Sequence record: NC_052655.1
Length of the DNA: 64,000 nucleotides
From: Escherichia phage alia
Direction: 5' to 3' (one strand)
Below, one piece after another: positions 62,013 to 64,000 of this stretch. Each line of letters opens with the position of its first letter. Within the stretch, counting starts at the first letter, position 1. Under the pieces are notes generated by a model. It was not told the origin of the DNA. It did not search any database and saw only the letters and a list, made by a program, of their open reading frames with translations. Position numbers and translations under genes: made by a program.

Positions 62013-62963
62013 TTAGTCAAGGTTTTTGGTAATACGTGTACAACCGTCAGAAGTCAAACCGTCAACTTGAGTTTCCCAAGTGCCATGAATATTTCGGAAC
62101 AATGTTGTTACACCTTTTGGTTCATTAATAATGATTGCCATAACAAGTTTAGGATCGATAACAGACATAATCTTTTCCTCAATACCCTCTGTAATAACAT
62201 TATTACGCACAATATTAATTACATCTTCTTGTACAGTAAGGGTACTTACGTTCTTAAGAGTATATACCTGCTGCGTAGTGTAAATGATACGAACATAGCT
62301 TACAGAACGAGTAGGCACAGGTTTACGCGGTCGGCGAAAACGTGGTTTTGGTGAAGATTCAGTCTTACTTTCATTTTTTGAATAATACTCCTCAAACAGT
62401 TTAGTAAATGTTTTTACATCAACTACAAACCGATCTTTCCTATATGGAGAATTCTTATGTGCACCATTAATACCACTGTTTTCATCGAAGAAAGTAATGT
62501 TTTCTTCAGTTGAATACATTAGATAATGATCTGCATTTTTCCAATGTGGTTGTGGACAATGAGGATTACAAACGGAAAGCAAATAACTAATATTTTCTTC
62601 CGTGGCCTCAGTATCCAGGAAACACGTATTATGCACAGTCAGTTGTACTTTTTCAGCCATATCTTTTTCTTTATCCTCTTTAGTAAGATATTCAGTACGA
62701 ATAATCTCCAGAAAACCTTCAGGTGTTACTTCCATAAATTTATATTCAGGATGAAGCTCCATATATTCAAACCCACAACCATCTAACTGCTGTAGGAAGT
62801 TAGGGTAGAAGAACAAATCATTAACACTGTGAATCAGATCATTGATTTCTGCTTCAGTTGTGTAACCAAAACTCTTGTGAATTGCTTCGTTAAGAATATG
62901 CAGGATACCCATCTCTTCTGCTGCTTTTTTAACTTCCAGTTTATTAGCGTAAAATGCAATCAT
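62013..62963 (-). CDS. hypothetical protein
   Basis: 316 aa ORF; Lys/Arg/Pro-rich segment (KPRFRRPRKPVP). Confidence 0.55.
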   Translation of the reverse strand: MIAFYANKLEVKKAAEEMGILHILNEAIHKSFGYTTEAEINDLIHSVNDLFFYPNFLQQLDGCGFEYMELHPEYKFMEVTPEGFLEIIRTEYLTKEDKEKDMAEKVQLTVHNTCFLDTEATEENISYLLSVCNPHCPQPHWKNADHYLMYSTEENITFFDENSGINGAHKNSPYRKDRFVVDVKTFTKLFEEYYSKNESKTESSPKPRFRRPRKPVPTRSVSYVRIIYTTQQVYTLKNVSTLTVQEDVINIVRNNVITEGIEEKIMSVIDPKLVMAIIINEPKGVTTLFRNIHGTWETQVDGLTSDGCTRITKNLD

Positions 62964-62980
62964 TATGTTCTCCTTCTAAA

Positions 62981-63415
62981 TTAGTTTAAAATTTCTTTTG
63001 CAATGGTAGAAGCAAGTTTTCCATCATATTGATTCGGATACTCTGCTTTAAGGTGTTTCATCATATCTGGCATTTTCTTGCCTGTCAAGGCAAATTCTTC
63101 AGCAATAGCTCGAAGATCATCTTCAGATAGCATTTCTGGCAAATATTTTTCCAGAGTGGTGATATCACGCATAGCTCGCTCACACTTGCTAATGGAGGCA
63201 TTAACTTTCTTAAGCGAGTCTAGTTCCTCTTTAGCGTGTGCAATACCAATCTTAACAATGTTAATCATAATATCGTCTTCTGATTTATTTAGATTTGCCT
63301 TTTGAGTACGAGCAAGGTCAAACTCACCAATAATATTAGTTAACAAAGCAAAAGCACCCTTATCGGTTGTACGTGCTAAAATACGATCTGCTTTCATTTG
63401 TGTCACAATAGACAT
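62981..63415 (-). CDS. GatB/YqeY-domain protein
   Basis: 144 aa; C-terminal MPDMMKHLKAEYPNQYDGKLASTIAKEIL resembles the YqeY / GatB C-terminal domain signature. Confidence 0.5.
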   Translation of the reverse strand: MSIVTQMKADRILARTTDKGAFALLTNIIGEFDLARTQKANLNKSEDDIMINIVKIGIAHAKEELDSLKKVNASISKCERAMRDITTLEKYLPEMLSEDDLRAIAEEFALTGKKMPDMMKHLKAEYPNQYDGKLASTIAKEILN

Positions 63416-63427
63416 TCTATTCTCCTC

Positions 63428-64000
63428 TTATTTGCTAATGCTTTGAGTCTTGTTTACAACACGGTTTATTGCCAGTGAAGCCCTAGGCTCTGCAATACCT
63501 GTTGCATAGATATAAGGATGACCTTTTGGAGACTCCCTCATACCGAATGAACCTAATTCTAAACCATATTCATCCTCTACGTCAACCCCAATATTAGTGG
63601 GTACTAAATATGTTTTAACTCCGTAATAAGTAGAGAAGAAACAGCGCATAGCGTTAGCATACTCTTCAATTGTAGCATCAGGGTAGAACTCAATCAACTC
63701 CAATTTCAAGAAAATATTAAAATGGGTATCATCTAAATTTTCTTCTGTGCGGTAACATGGTGTTAGTGCCATATACGGATTACCTACTGCAAATTCAAAA
63801 CCATCCTTCTCCATTTGCAGGAAAGATTGTTCTGCACTAGCTACATAGTATTTACCGTTAGGATGCCCTAATGGGCGATCCTCTTTATTTTCTGGTAGTG
63901 TATACGCCAGTATATCAGCATCCACGAGATATGGAACTTCTAACATTTGTGCAAATCGACCATAGTAATCAATAGCTTGAGCTATTACTGCAACATTCAT
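63428..64000 (-). CDS. class II aminoacyl-tRNA-synthetase-like catalytic-core protein (AsnA / EpmA-like), possibly 5'-truncated at window edge
   Basis: Motif-2-like CYRTEENLDDTHFNIFLKLELIEFY (compare fRnE...H.pEFt.lE.Y) and motif-3-like YATGIAEPRASLAINRV. The ATG sits exactly at the window end, so the true start may be further upstream in the gene (beyond base 64000). Confidence 0.4.
   Translation of the reverse strand: MNVAVIAQAIDYYGRFAQMLEVPYLVDADILAYTLPENKEDRPLGHPNGKYYVASAEQSFLQMEKDGFEFAVGNPYMALTPCYRTEENLDDTHFNIFLKLELIEFYPDATIEEYANAMRCFFSTYYGVKTYLVPTNIGVDVEDEYGLELGSFGMRESPKGHPYIYATGIAEPRASLAINRVVNKTQSISK

Noticed and set aside
62004-62027. Plus-strand-oriented hairpin with T5 tract (CCTTGA-TCTTAG-TCAAGG-TTTTT) overlapping the stop of the 62013-62963 gene
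   Set aside because: The stem is short and AT-rich and it is oriented against all local transcription; probably a weak or incidental structure rather than a functional terminator.
35024-62786. Plus-strand ORFs within the minus-strand block (for example 35170-35433, 37709-38071, 39843-40139, 42085-42369, 48700-49446, 49586-50091, 52131-52595, 53125-53454, 54622-54981, 59266-59541, 60241-60567, 62001-62354)
   Set aside because: Antisense to genes with clear domains or SD signals (polymerase, primase-helicase, terD-like, vWA, TelA-like, terC-like, ATPase, nrdD); the 248-aa ORF at 48700-49446 is low-complexity and spans the terD-like gene and its terminator.
1-64000. CRISPR array, integrase or prophage attachment sites
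   Set aside because: No regularly spaced direct repeats with unique spacers and no tyrosine or serine recombinase-like ORF; the content is that of a lytic phage.

Overview
This window reads as a segment of a lytic, tailed-phage (myovirus-type) genome with two large transcriptional blocks. Positions 1-34566 are a plus-strand morphogenesis block: a 5'-truncated portal, a head module ending in the major capsid gene, neck proteins, tail sheath, tail tube, a tail-chaperone pair with a predicted programmed -1 frameshift, tape measure, baseplate and central spike, then at least seven fibre or tailspike candidates. A bidirectional terminator at 34568-34594 marks the strand switch. Positions 34602-64000 are a minus-strand block: a DNA methyltransferase cassette flanked by near-identical hairpins, an SSB-like protein, a homing-endonuclease-like ORF, family A DNA polymerase, primase-helicase, four glycosyltransferases, a signal-peptide cell-wall hydrolase, a Ter-family cluster (TerD, vWA, TelA-like, TerC), a translationally coupled HAD-PRTase-macro trio, anaerobic ribonucleotide reductase NrdD/NrdG, and YqeY plus a class II aaRS-like ORF at the edge. 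The best candidate for an undescribed system is the contiguous minus-strand Ter-family / HAD-PRTase-macro region (48.7-58.1 kb), with the glycosyltransferase cluster second. No integrase, CRISPR array, rRNA or tRNA gene was found. Gene order and content resemble rV5/phi92-like myoviruses, but that is from memory and not verified. All calls rest on reading the ORF translations, Shine-Dalgarno context and hairpins by eye; no database search was run.
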